Shown: positions 35,810-44,700 of the stretch, one piece after another
Layout of the letters: every line of letters starts with the position of its first letter
Position numbering within the stretch: the stretch's first letter is position 1
Assembly: GCA_947462815.1 (NCBI GenBank)
Contig: CANHQR010000014.1
Coordinates: forward strand, 800-64,799
Direction: 5' to 3'
Length of the DNA stretch: 64,000 bases
Source: Pseudobdellovibrionaceae bacterium
Lineage (GTDB): Bacteria; Bdellovibrionota; Bdellovibrionia; Bdellovibrionales; JAMPXM01
The notes under the pieces: generated by a model
The model's database searches: none
Told to the model about the DNA's origin: nothing
The model's input: the letters and a program-made list of their open reading frames with translations, nothing else
Program-made: the position numbers and the translations under genes

Positions 35810-36673
35810 ATGCTCAACACAACGCAAAACAACAGGGTTATGGTGGCCTCGCTCCAAGAGGATTCATCCGGTGCGTCGGCGACGGACCTCAGTTGGCCGG
35901 CGTGGTGGAGTCTGCCACCTGTCGAGAAGGCTCGGCGCCTCGCCGAGGTTCTCAAGGTCGAAGATCCTCGGGCACCGGAAGTTTGGCCACCAAGTTGGCC
36001 TCGTGGCTGCGAGGTCATGTCCACCAAAGACTTGGGCGCGAAGCCCGGCCTCCAGTCGCCTGAGGGGCAGGCCCGCCTGCTTCATGATCTGGGAAACATC
36101 GAACTTCAGGCCATGGAACTGGCGGTGCGGACTTTGGCGGAATACCCGGATGCGCCTCAAGACTTTCGCTCGGAGCTGATGAGCGTGGCCATCGAAGAGA
36201 GTCAGCACTTTTTGTTGTGTGTGAATCGTTTGGTGGAGCTTGGCTTTCATTGGGGTTTTCGACCCGTTCACCAGGCGCTTTGGGAAGCCGTCGGCGAACA
36301 AAGTTTGCTTGAGCGCGTGATGCTCGTGCATCGGCACATGGAGGCGACGGGGCTCGATGCCGGCGCATCAATTTTGAATCGCCTCACCGGGCTTCGGCAG
36401 CCGCCGGCGCGGGAGATCGTGGAGCGCATCGTGCGGGATGAAGTTGGGCATGTACAGTTTGGCTCGCGGTGGTTTCGGCGTTTGGCCTTGGCCTCAGGTC
36501 AAGATCCCGATGCCTGTTTCGCGGAACTCTTTCCGAACATGCTTCGTCGCGTGCCTCGCACCGAGAAACCGAAGCTTGAACTGCGGGCTCAGGCCGGCTT
36601 CAACGACTTTGAATTGCGGGTTATCGACGAAGTTTGGAGTGCGACGAACTTTAAAATTCCGCGGACCAATTGA
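35810..36673 (+). CDS. ferritin-like DUF455 family protein
   Basis: The motifs are LLHDLGNIELQAMEL, IEESQHFLLC, HRHMEATGLD and DEVGHVQFGSRWF (di-iron-type E/H ligand pattern). The start is uncertain. Confidence 0.6.
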   Translation: MLNTTQNNRVMVASLQEDSSGASATDLSWPAWWSLPPVEKARRLAEVLKVEDPRAPEVWPPSWPRGCEVMSTKDLGAKPGLQSPEGQARLLHDLGNIELQAMELAVRTLAEYPDAPQDFRSELMSVAIEESQHFLLCVNRLVELGFHWGFRPVHQALWEAVGEQSLLERVMLVHRHMEATGLDAGASILNRLTGLRQPPAREIVERIVRDEVGHVQFGSRWFRRLALASGQDPDACFAELFPNMLRRVPRTEKPKLELRAQAGFNDFELRVIDEVWSATNFKIPRTN

Positions 36674-36688
36674 CTCCCGAGAGCCAGT

Positions 36689-37474
36689 CTAGATCGTCTC
36701 CTCGGGTCGCAAAAAACGCCAGCGGCCTTCCGGGAGATCGCCGAGCCGCAGTTTGCCAATTCGCACGCGCTTGAGTCCCACAACTTTCAATTCGACGAGC
36801 TCACACATGCGGCGAATTTGTCGCTTCTTGCCTTCTTGGAGAATCATTTTGAGCTGGGCTTCGTTGATGCGTTCGACGCGTGCGGGTTTCAAAGCTTGGC
36901 CGTCGAGTTCGAGTCCAAAGCGCAGTTGTTTGAGTTTGGTCTCCGTGATCTCGCCCGCGACGCGAACCAAATACTCTTTTTCGATCTCAGAATCCTCGCC
37001 GATCACTTGGCGAGCAATGCGTCCGTCTTGCGTAAAAAGAAGCAGTCCTTTGGAGTCAATATCGAGGCGTCCTGCGGGTGCGAGTCCATCGAAGTGCTGG
37101 GGTTTGAGCTGCGGCTCGCGTGTGGAGCTGCGATGCTGGTTGGCTGGGGTAATCAAGCGCACGGCCGGCTCATAGCCCGGCTCCGGTTGGCCCGAGACAT
37201 AACCAATCGGTTTATTGAGAATGATGCTGACGAGCTCGGAGCGCTCGCGCCGGGCATCGGGTGAGATTTCAATGCGACAATCGGATCGGGCGCGTTGCCC
37301 GAGGCTTGCGATCTCGCCATCGACTTTGACCCATCCCTTTTCCAGCCACGCATCGGCCTCACGGCGCGAGCAAATTCCCCGCTGGGCCATGATTTTGGAG
37401 ATACGATCTTCACGTGGCTCAGAGCCAGAGGGGGTTGGTTGATCAGATTTTGTGCTTCGCATGCTCAACGTCAT
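36689..37474 (-). CDS. rRNA pseudouridine synthase (RsuA/RluB/RluF family)
   Basis: The S4 domain is [31 protein letters not shown]. The catalytic motif is [17 protein letters not shown], and [10 protein letters not shown] is also present. Confidence 0.85.
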   Translation of the reverse strand: MTLSMRSTKSDQPTPSGSEPREDRISKIMAQRGICSRREADAWLEKGWVKVDGEIASLGQRARSDCRIEISPDARRERSELVSIILNKPIGYVSGQPEPGYEPAVRLITPANQHRSSTREPQLKPQHFDGLAPAGRLDIDSKGLLLFTQDGRIARQVIGEDSEIEKEYLVRVAGEITETKLKQLRFGLELDGQALKPARVERINEAQLKMILQEGKKRQIRRMCELVELKVVGLKRVRIGKLRLGDLPEGRWRFLRPEETI

Positions 37475-37617
37475 AGCATGAGGTGTGCGGTGCGTCCACG
37501 TCCCGAGGTGAAAATGCGGGCCTTGAGCTTCGATCGCAATCCCCTGGGCTGTCGAGATCTGTTGCAGTTCGAATCGGTTCGTGCAGGACTGTAGCTCTTG
37601 ATTTGGAGGACTTCAAA

Positions 37618-38442
37618 GTGACCCGACAATACGGCTTTCATATTGGTGCACGAAATTCCGCAGGATCTTTCCTTCTACGAGGCTTGGGTCGAAGCCTGCG
37701 TCTCCTTTTAGGCGGGACTTTGTTTATCGCGAGCTTCCTCGGTGAAGTGCAGCTGGTTCAGGCTCAGTCCTTGATCCCGAATTTCACAGCCAAAATCTCA
37801 TCCTTAAAAAAGCGCGACCAGATGCTCTTCAGCATGAAGAATGAATACAGCATATCGGGCGATGAGAAAGTGTACGTGAGTACGTATTTGAGTCCCGAAG
37901 GGCACGAGCTCGTTCGCGAAACTTCGACGTTTCAGCTGAAGGAAGGCCGAGAAATCTTAAAAAAGTTTCGTGTTGAGCAGTTGCAGCTCAAAACGGACGG
38001 ACACGTTGAGATTAAAGACGGCAAAGCTCACTTCCATCTGCTCAAAGATGGCAAAACTCAATCGGCCGAAGAAAAAGTCGGTGAGGACTTTATTGTGTCC
38101 TCAACTTTGATTGCCCATCTGCGCCAGCCCAAGAATTGGGAAAACCTCTTAAAAGGCGAGCGCGTCCGTGTGCGATTTGCAGTCATTGATCGTCGAGAAA
38201 CTGTGGGCTTTGAGTTCTTCAAGGTGAAAGACATTGAAGTTCAGGGTCGCAAGGCCATTGCCGTGAAAATGAAGCCTTCGAGCCTGCTCATTTCGGCCAT
38301 TGTTGACCCGCTCTATTTCTATATCGATCTTGAGAATGGGTTGTTGCTGGAGATGGAAGGCCGGAGCGCGGTCAAGACGGGTGAGGTCGGTCAGTGGAAG
38401 GACTTTGACGGCTATACGGTTTACACGCACACGGCAAAGTGA
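37618..38442 (+). CDS. hypothetical exported protein
   Basis: GTG 37618 has GGAGGA 7 nt upstream. The TM/signal segment is LRLLLGGTLFIASFLGEVQLVQA. It is Lys/Glu-rich, has lower GC than its neighbours by eye, and shows no motif. Confidence 0.45.
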   Translation: MTRQYGFHIGARNSAGSFLLRGLGRSLRLLLGGTLFIASFLGEVQLVQAQSLIPNFTAKISSLKKRDQMLFSMKNEYSISGDEKVYVSTYLSPEGHELVRETSTFQLKEGREILKKFRVEQLQLKTDGHVEIKDGKAHFHLLKDGKTQSAEEKVGEDFIVSSTLIAHLRQPKNWENLLKGERVRVRFAVIDRRETVGFEFFKVKDIEVQGRKAIAVKMKPSSLLISAIVDPLYFYIDLENGLLLEMEGRSAVKTGEVGQWKDFDGYTVYTHTAK

Positions 38443-39107
38443 CGACCGCTGGCATCGCTCAGAGAAAGCGGGGCTTTCCATCGCCCCGCGAGGCGCAGGG
38501 CGAGTTCTCCAGGAGACTCGCAATCTGCAGCGAGGACTTCGATCGCGGCATCCGCCACTTGTTCGTAAGACGCATTGGTTTCAATTTCGAGCGTGAGCTC
38601 GCGAGGTGAGGCCTCGGGGGCGAGTTGGACGTCGTAAATCCCTCGCTCAATGCGCTTTGCGTCCCAGGGCCGTAGACCAATCTCCACGCTTAAATCTGAC
38701 ATTTCATCAAGTCGCAAGAAGTGGGCATCTTGACCGTAAGCCTGGCGAAAAGCTTGCGCGAGGAAGGACGCGATGTTCTCCGTTGTCGGGATCCGGTCGC
38801 GAAAAGCCGGCGCATCAAGGGGTAGATGCTTGTAGTTGAGAAGAGCTGCGACTTGCTGGACCGCTGACTGAAACTTTGACCAGTCGGAGTCTTGCTGGGC
38901 ATTCACCCAGATTTCGATGCGGTAGTTGTGACCGTGGCCATGTCGAGCTGTGAAACATGGGCCGAAGGCTTTCTCGTTCTGCTCATCGGTCCACTCCGTT
39001 CTATGGTAGTGGTGGGCGGCGGTGAACTCGCGTGAGAGACCCCAGTAAAGTTTGAATTCAGGGGAAAGGCTTTCGTCTTGGACACTAGACAAGATGAATT
39101 CCTCCAT
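38421..39107 (-). CDS. 6-pyruvoyl-tetrahydropterin synthase / QueD-family protein with about 90-aa C-terminal extension
   Basis: The motifs are FTAAHHYH...PCFTARHGHGHNYRIEIWV...LNYKHLPLDAPAF...PTTENIASFL. The start is ambiguous (39107 or 39161), and both overlap the upstream SDR gene end. Confidence 0.7.
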   Translation of the reverse strand: MEEFILSSVQDESLSPEFKLYWGLSREFTAAHHYHRTEWTDEQNEKAFGPCFTARHGHGHNYRIEIWVNAQQDSDWSKFQSAVQQVAALLNYKHLPLDAPAFRDRIPTTENIASFLAQAFRQAYGQDAHFLRLDEMSDLSVEIGLRPWDAKRIERGIYDVQLAPEASPRELTLEIETNASYEQVADAAIEVLAADCESPGELALRLAGRWKAPLSLSDASGRHFAVCV

Positions 39108-39861
39108 CGATGTTGAGCATCGCACCCGTCGTCCACTCTGAGCCTGAAGCGCAGAGGGCATAGGCGAGACTTGTCAGGTCTTCGGGGCGCCCCACGCGTC
39201 CTAAGGGCTGCAAATGACGCAGTTGTTCCAGCGTTTTCTCTTTGTCAGCAGCCTCGTGAAAACTATGAATAGGAGTATCGACGAGCCCGGGGCAGATGGT
39301 ATTGACGCGCACGCCATCGCGGGCGGCTTGCACCGCAAAGGCTTGCGCCCAGTTGTTGAGAGCGGCTTTAGAAGCCGAGTAGGCCACTGTGTCCGCCGTG
39401 CCTTTGAGTCCCAGTGTCGACGAAATATTGAGAATGGCGCCTCGGCTCTGTCGCAGCAAAGGATAAAAGGCGCGTGTGAGGCGAAGCGGACCGAGAACAT
39501 TCACTTCATAGAGGCGAGTCCAGTCCGCCAGATCTGCAGACAGAGTTTCGCCACGAACAAACTGACCCGCGTTATTGATCAGGGCATCGAGACTCTTGAG
39601 GTTGGTTTGATGAATCCAAGCCTCCGCTTTCGCTTGCGCGTCCTGAGTGCTCAAGTCGAGGGGACACATCATAATCGCACGTGAAGGGGCCTGATCTCGG
39701 CAGAGAGCCTCGGTCGCCTGCAAGGCGGAGGGCCGCCGGCCGATCAGCACCACCTGCCAGTTCTGTTTCGCAAAGTGCACGGCGAGGGCCTGGCCAATTC
39801 CTGAACCCGCCCCTGATATGGCCACTGTCTGGTGTGAAGTTGTGGTCTTTGCAGCCTGCAT
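39085..39861 (-). CDS. SDR-family oxidoreductase
   Basis: The NAD(P) motif is VAISGAGSGIGQALA. NNAG, the Y-x3-K motif (YSASKAALN) and PGLVDTP are also present. Confidence 0.85.
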   Translation of the reverse strand: MQAAKTTTSHQTVAISGAGSGIGQALAVHFAKQNWQVVLIGRRPSALQATEALCRDQAPSRAIMMCPLDLSTQDAQAKAEAWIHQTNLKSLDALINNAGQFVRGETLSADLADWTRLYEVNVLGPLRLTRAFYPLLRQSRGAILNISSTLGLKGTADTVAYSASKAALNNWAQAFAVQAARDGVRVNTICPGLVDTPIHSFHEAADKEKTLEQLRHLQPLGRVGRPEDLTSLAYALCASGSEWTTGAMLNIDGGIHLV

Positions 39862-39962
39862 GTTTGGTGCTCCGATCGGGAGCGGGAGGCCCCTGAAGGT
39901 GAATCTGCTCAAGGCGCGGATCGTGACGGTGAAGTGAATGAAAGGGATTGAGTCGGGAAGAG

Positions 39963-39983
39963 AATCGGGCGCTTGGCGCCCGA
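39963..39983 (-). terminator. hairpin terminator downstream of the histone-fold gene
   Basis: A perfect 9-bp stem (ATCGGGCGC, loop TTG, GCGCCCGAT) starts 16 nt after the stop. On the minus strand it is followed by TCTCTTCC. Confidence 0.6.
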
Positions 39984-39998
39984 TCTTTCAGACTTCAA

Positions 39999-40202
39999 TT
40001 AGAAGTCGTAGCCACGGACCGTCTTGCGACCGTTGTCCTTGCAACGACCCACAGCGGCCTTGATCATCTCGTGAATCTTGCCGCTCAGTGCGTCGACAAC
40101 ATCCGAAGAGACGTTGCAGCCCTGGCTGCGAATGGCGTCTTTCATCTTCGATGCGATCACCAAAACTTCACCTTTTTTTCCGCCTTTGGACTTCTTGGCC
40201 AT
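39999..40202 (-). CDS. bacterial histone-fold DNA-binding protein with Lys-rich N-terminal tail
   Basis: ATG 40202 has AAGGAG 6 nt upstream. The 67-aa product is MAKKSKGGKKGEVLVIASKMKDAIRSQGCNVSSDVVDALSGKIHEMIKAAVGRCKDNGRKTVRGYDF. It has alpha1-L1-long alpha2-L2(GRKTV)-alpha3 spacing like archaeal HMf-type histones. Confidence 0.7.
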   Translation of the reverse strand: MAKKSKGGKKGEVLVIASKMKDAIRSQGCNVSSDVVDALSGKIHEMIKAAVGRCKDNGRKTVRGYDF

Positions 40203-40332
40203 AAACAACTCCTTTTCGAGATCAAACTCGTTGGGGAGATTTCAAAAGGAGGACCGACGCAAGTCAATAGCTGAGTTCGGGACATGCCCGAGGTGGCCCA
40301 CGGCTCGGAAAGTCGGAACTTCGGAATCAGGC

Positions 40333-42045
40333 TCAAGCCGCCTGTTGTCCCTTCATGCCCAGTGCGACGCGCCAGACTTCGGCATCGCGGAAGATTTTGA
40401 TCAGATCCAGATCGAGTTTTCCCGCGCGACCTTCCATGTGCAGAATTTCAAGCGCTCGCTCGGGAGAAATCGCGGGCTTGTAGGGGCGATCCATGGATGT
40501 CAGCGCATCGTAGATGTCGGCGATTGTCATCAGTTTGGATTGAAGGGGAATGTAGTCACTGAGCAGACCGCGCGGGTAACCGCTTCCGTCCATCTTTTCG
40601 TGATGAGAGTAGGCGATGTCGGGAACCCCACCCAAGTCCTCCGTCCAAGCGATTTGTCGGAGGAAGTGATAGGTGTGAGTGACATGTGACTCGATCTCCT
40701 TGCGTTCGGTATCGGTGAGGGAGCCCTTCGGCATTGAGAGCTTGACGATCTCCTCGGGCGTGAGCATCGCATGATCGATCTCTTGCGAAATCTGATTGAT
40801 CCAAGTCATCAAGCCAATAATGTCAAAATCTCCGGCAACGACTTGCGGCGTATTAGCTTTGATGATGCTGACTCGAACTTGTTGGAGTCGTTTGGCGAAG
40901 TCGTCGATCCGATTCATGACTTTGTCGATATACTGCCGTGGAGAATCGGCCAGGCTTCGGCCCTTTTCGAGTGTTTCGAGGAGCTCGCTGGTGGCATGTT
41001 TCCATGTCAGCATTTCTTGCTTCGCGCTGGCGGCTTCCAGACGGCTCATGATGGTGTCGATTTCGTGAGGATACAGCTTCAGCTGCTTGGAGAGCACAGA
41101 TTCGCGAACGCCGATCTTTCCGAAGTCATGCAAAAGAGCGGCGTAACGAAGTTCGCGCATCTGGGCGTCGTTGAACTCGACATCTTTATAAATGCCATCG
41201 CCGCACAGGTGCACGGCGCGGGCGAATTCGACAGTGTAGACCGCCACGCGATCTGAGTGACCAGAGGTGGAGGGGTCTCGCGATTCGATGGCGGTCACTG
41301 AAGCGCGGATGAAACTTTCAAAGAGATTTTCGATGTCATTGTTGAGCTTCGCGTTTTCGATTGCCACCGACGCTTGTGACGCGAAGGCTTGCATTAAGTC
41401 GACATCTTCTTCAGAGAAAGGCTCGACATCGTCGGTCGTCAGTGCGCGGTGGTGATCGAGGTCACCCGGGCTTCCGGGCTTGAGTTTGTTGATGATTTGC
41501 AGAACGCCGCGGACCTTGGAATTGGCACTGGTCATCGGTACAGCCAACATCGAAACCGTTCGATATCCTGTTTCATGATCGATCTGCGGATTGAATTTGT
41601 AGTCGAGGTTCTCCGGCATGTTGTAGCAATCGTCGATACGAAGGGGTTTGCCTTCAATCGCGACCCAGCCGGCGATGGAGCTTTTGTCGAGTTCCAAAAT
41701 CTTGTTTTGATAGGTCATGCCCGTCCGTCGATTGGTCGATCGGTGGAACCTGAGCACGGTAATGTATTTAGCCTGTTTGTTGGCGATCGAGTCGATCTTG
41801 ATGTTTTCAGTTAAGAAAATAGAAGCGGCATCGGCCTGTGTCGCATCGAGAGCTCGATCGATAATCAAATCCAAAATTCGCGAAATATCTTTCTCGGCAG
41901 TCAGGGCGACACCGGTTTCAACCAGTGAGCGATATCGGTTCATGGAGCGGCGATCGTGGAAGTGAGAATCCGACGAGGCCTTCGAGCGCGGGCGCGCTTT
42001 TTTCTTTCCGTTCCCGCGCGATGCTCCGTGACCTGACATGCCCAT
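40333..42045 (-). CDS. GAF domain / HD-GYP domain c-di-GMP phosphodiesterase-type protein
   Basis: The HD-GYP motifs are AALLHDFGKIG and HHEKMDGSGYPRGL. The N-terminal GAF-like region is DAASIFL...GWVAIEGKPLRIDD. The start is uncertain (42045 or the internal MNRYRSL). Confidence 0.85.
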   Translation of the reverse strand: MGMSGHGASRGNGKKKARPRSKASSDSHFHDRRSMNRYRSLVETGVALTAEKDISRILDLIIDRALDATQADAASIFLTENIKIDSIANKQAKYITVLRFHRSTNRRTGMTYQNKILELDKSSIAGWVAIEGKPLRIDDCYNMPENLDYKFNPQIDHETGYRTVSMLAVPMTSANSKVRGVLQIINKLKPGSPGDLDHHRALTTDDVEPFSEEDVDLMQAFASQASVAIENAKLNNDIENLFESFIRASVTAIESRDPSTSGHSDRVAVYTVEFARAVHLCGDGIYKDVEFNDAQMRELRYAALLHDFGKIGVRESVLSKQLKLYPHEIDTIMSRLEAASAKQEMLTWKHATSELLETLEKGRSLADSPRQYIDKVMNRIDDFAKRLQQVRVSIIKANTPQVVAGDFDIIGLMTWINQISQEIDHAMLTPEEIVKLSMPKGSLTDTERKEIESHVTHTYHFLRQIAWTEDLGGVPDIAYSHHEKMDGSGYPRGLLSDYIPLQSKLMTIADIYDALTSMDRPYKPAISPERALEILHMEGRAGKLDLDLIKIFRDAEVWRVALGMKGQQAA

Positions 42046-42193
42046 GCCTCCTCAGCGAGTTCTTTCAGCTTCGATCCTTGAGTGTGATTCGTTCAGCGTC
42101 GAAATCGCGAGCGACTTCACGCAACGATGGGGATCGACCTGCTGGATGCTTATCGACAGCTTGGCGAATTCGTTTGAGAAAATCCCACTCAGC

Positions 42194-43957
42194 TCAGGGG
42201 TTACCCGCTTCGGCCGACTTGGATGTGGACTCTGGTCGGGAGGGAATCTTCGACGGCGACCATCTCAGTCGACTGAGGTCGAGTTGATTGAGTGGATTCA
42301 AAGTCCAGCCCGTCCACTCAGGCTGCACGAGAATTGTGAAGTGGATGCGTCCCATCGGGATGATGGCGTAGTCGTTCATCAGGTGCTGGATGCCCTCGCT
42401 GCAAAGCTGACGCGCTTTTTGGCTGGCGCGCGTTCGGGAAGAAGGTGGATTGTCCTTCATGAATTCGAGAGCCGTCAGCTTCAGAGTGGCCAGTGCTCTT
42501 TCTGACTTGGGATTGTCATATCCAATGAAGTTTTCAGGATCTTGGGGCGAAAAAATCTCGAGGGCGGCGGAACAAGTCGCGCGATCTGGTCCCACGCCTT
42601 TGCGAAACAGCGCGGGCGTTTTATCGCGAAGTTGTTGCAAGTAAACTCCTTGCTCAACCGGTTGAAGATCAATTTTGACATTGAGGTGACGTTTCCACTG
42701 GGCCTGCATCCACTCCATGCCTTTTTGAATATCGTCGCCGCCGAGTTTCGAAAAGTGCAGCGTCCATCGGCGCTCTTTCAATTCAACAGGGACCTTTTTC
42801 CACGCCGCCTGAGCTTTCGTCAGGTCGAAGGCATGGCAATGAACATCCGTCTGCCATTCGAGCGGAAGGCCTGGGCAGCCGGGGCGGCCAAGGGCATCAT
42901 AAATAACTCGCAATTCTTCATAATTGAGCGAGTGAGCGAGGGCGCGCCGAAATTCAGGATGAGCTTTGAGTTCGGGTCCGAAGCCGATGTAATCGAATCT
43001 GAAGACAGGAATTTGATGGAAGTCCGGACGACCTTTGTAGCGAGGAATATAGGAGGTGGGAAGTCGGCGTAGAAAACTGAGCTCCCCGCTTCGGTAGAGA
43101 TTCAGGGCGGTCTCATCGTCGTCAATGAACAGCACCTCGACGAAAGGAGCGCTCCCCGCTGTGCCAGGTTTCGAAGCGGACTGCGATGCGGGTGAGGATC
43201 GTGGCGCTAAGCGAAGGCGTTGTCCGGGAATCCAGGCTTGCACGGTGTACGCGCCTGAAGTGGCGGCGCCGACCGCATGGGCTCGATCCAAGCGGACCGT
43301 CGATTTTGTGATCGACAGAGCGGGGTGCGTGAGTCGAGAGAGGAACTCAGGGTCCGCAGCCGGCGGAGCTTCGAAGAGAATTTCGAGTTCACGATCGCTG
43401 CGAGACTTGAGTCCGAGGGCCTCGACGCTGAGATCACCACGGTGTACGGCGCGCGCGTTTTTAACTCCGTATAGCAGACTCGCACCTAGACCTTTGGAGT
43501 TCTTGGCAAATAGTCGACGCCAGCTTTCGATCACATCTTGGCTGCGAATCTTTGTGCCGTCCGTGAAGCTGGCACTCGCTCGAATTCGACAGCGCAGAGC
43601 GGGCTGTGTCGACTGTGGCGAGCTGTGCCAGCGACAGGACTCGGCGATTCGCGGCTCAGGTCGCCCCTCGGCATTGAGTCGGTAGAGTCCGTCAAAGAGA
43701 CTCAAAAGAAGATAGGCGGATTCGCTATTGGTCACCTGTGCCGGGTCAATTCCACTGGGCTCGCTGAAGAGGTGATAGCGGAAACGAGGTACAGATTCCG
43801 AGAGATCACCTGCTGCGGCCTCGCCCAAAGGCCAAGCTACCAATACGTGTGAGACCACAAACCAAAGAGCTGCGACGCAGTGGCGGATCGGGCGAGTTGG
43901 ACCTAAAACTTGACTCATCTTGAGACACTTGTCCCATATCGATACGGATCTGGACAA
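42194..43957 (-). CDS. ABC transporter substrate-binding protein, family 5 (peptide/nickel, OppA-like)
   Basis: PRFRYHLFSEPSGIDPAQVTNSESAYLLLSLFDGLYRLNAEGRPEP is typical of the SBP_bac_5 N-terminus. The length is about 580 aa. Confidence 0.8.
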   Translation of the reverse strand: MSRSVSIWDKCLKMSQVLGPTRPIRHCVAALWFVVSHVLVAWPLGEAAAGDLSESVPRFRYHLFSEPSGIDPAQVTNSESAYLLLSLFDGLYRLNAEGRPEPRIAESCRWHSSPQSTQPALRCRIRASASFTDGTKIRSQDVIESWRRLFAKNSKGLGASLLYGVKNARAVHRGDLSVEALGLKSRSDRELEILFEAPPAADPEFLSRLTHPALSITKSTVRLDRAHAVGAATSGAYTVQAWIPGQRLRLAPRSSPASQSASKPGTAGSAPFVEVLFIDDDETALNLYRSGELSFLRRLPTSYIPRYKGRPDFHQIPVFRFDYIGFGPELKAHPEFRRALAHSLNYEELRVIYDALGRPGCPGLPLEWQTDVHCHAFDLTKAQAAWKKVPVELKERRWTLHFSKLGGDDIQKGMEWMQAQWKRHLNVKIDLQPVEQGVYLQQLRDKTPALFRKGVGPDRATCSAALEIFSPQDPENFIGYDNPKSERALATLKLTALEFMKDNPPSSRTRASQKARQLCSEGIQHLMNDYAIIPMGRIHFTILVQPEWTGWTLNPLNQLDLSRLRWSPSKIPSRPESTSKSAEAGNP

Positions 43958-44002
43958 GTCTTGCGCAAAATCTCCCCAAATCTCGGAGGTTTATTCTAAA
44001 CT

Positions 44003-44686
44003 GTGAGAAAGGGCGGGGCGCTTTTGATGAGCAGTCATCCATCTCAAGACAAGTCGCTGGAACGGACGAAAGTTTCCGACGATCAATCGGTGACGCCGCT
44101 CGTTTGTCCCGCGGCTCAGAAGCTCTCCGTGCGTGAGGCTGATCAACGGCGCTTATCCGGCCAGGTTCGAAGTTTGCCGATTTGGCTGACCGGCCTCTTG
44201 GTTGGCGTTCTCGTCTTTGCGTTTCAAAACTGTGGTGGCTACCAAGCCATGACCAACCCTCTTTATGATCGAGAAATTCTCGCGAGTTGTTTGGGTCCAA
44301 GCTGTGGTCGCGACGCCAACTACATCATGATCTTCGTCGCCAATAATGACCCGATTTCTGTGCCATCCAAGACAGCTCCCGAAACCAACACAATTGACCT
44401 GGGTGGCTATTGCGATACAGGTGGTTTCCCGGATTCCGCGATTTATTTGGAAGTGAAACAGGGAGCGACGACGATCGTGCCGATGTTTCGATCGACGGCA
44501 AAGTGCGATGAGTTGGGTCGCTTCCGAGCGCAAGTGACATTGCCGAGCGCGGGAGCGACCGCGTACAATTACGCTTTGGCGGGCGAGGTCGTCGTCATCT
44601 TACGGGCTGTGGATGAGAATTTTGTCGAACACAATCATCCCTTCGAGAACAACATCCGCCGCCTGGCGATTACAACGATGCCCTAA
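44003..44686 (+). CDS. hypothetical lipoprotein
   Basis: A TM/signal segment is followed by FAFQNCGG (lipobox-like). I recognised no motif, and the start is uncertain. Confidence 0.4.
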   Translation: MRKGGALLMSSHPSQDKSLERTKVSDDQSVTPLVCPAAQKLSVREADQRRLSGQVRSLPIWLTGLLVGVLVFAFQNCGGYQAMTNPLYDREILASCLGPSCGRDANYIMIFVANNDPISVPSKTAPETNTIDLGGYCDTGGFPDSAIYLEVKQGATTIVPMFRSTAKCDELGRFRAQVTLPSAGATAYNYALAGEVVVILRAVDENFVEHNHPFENNIRRLAITTMP

Positions 44687-44700
44687 GCTTCGAACTCTTT

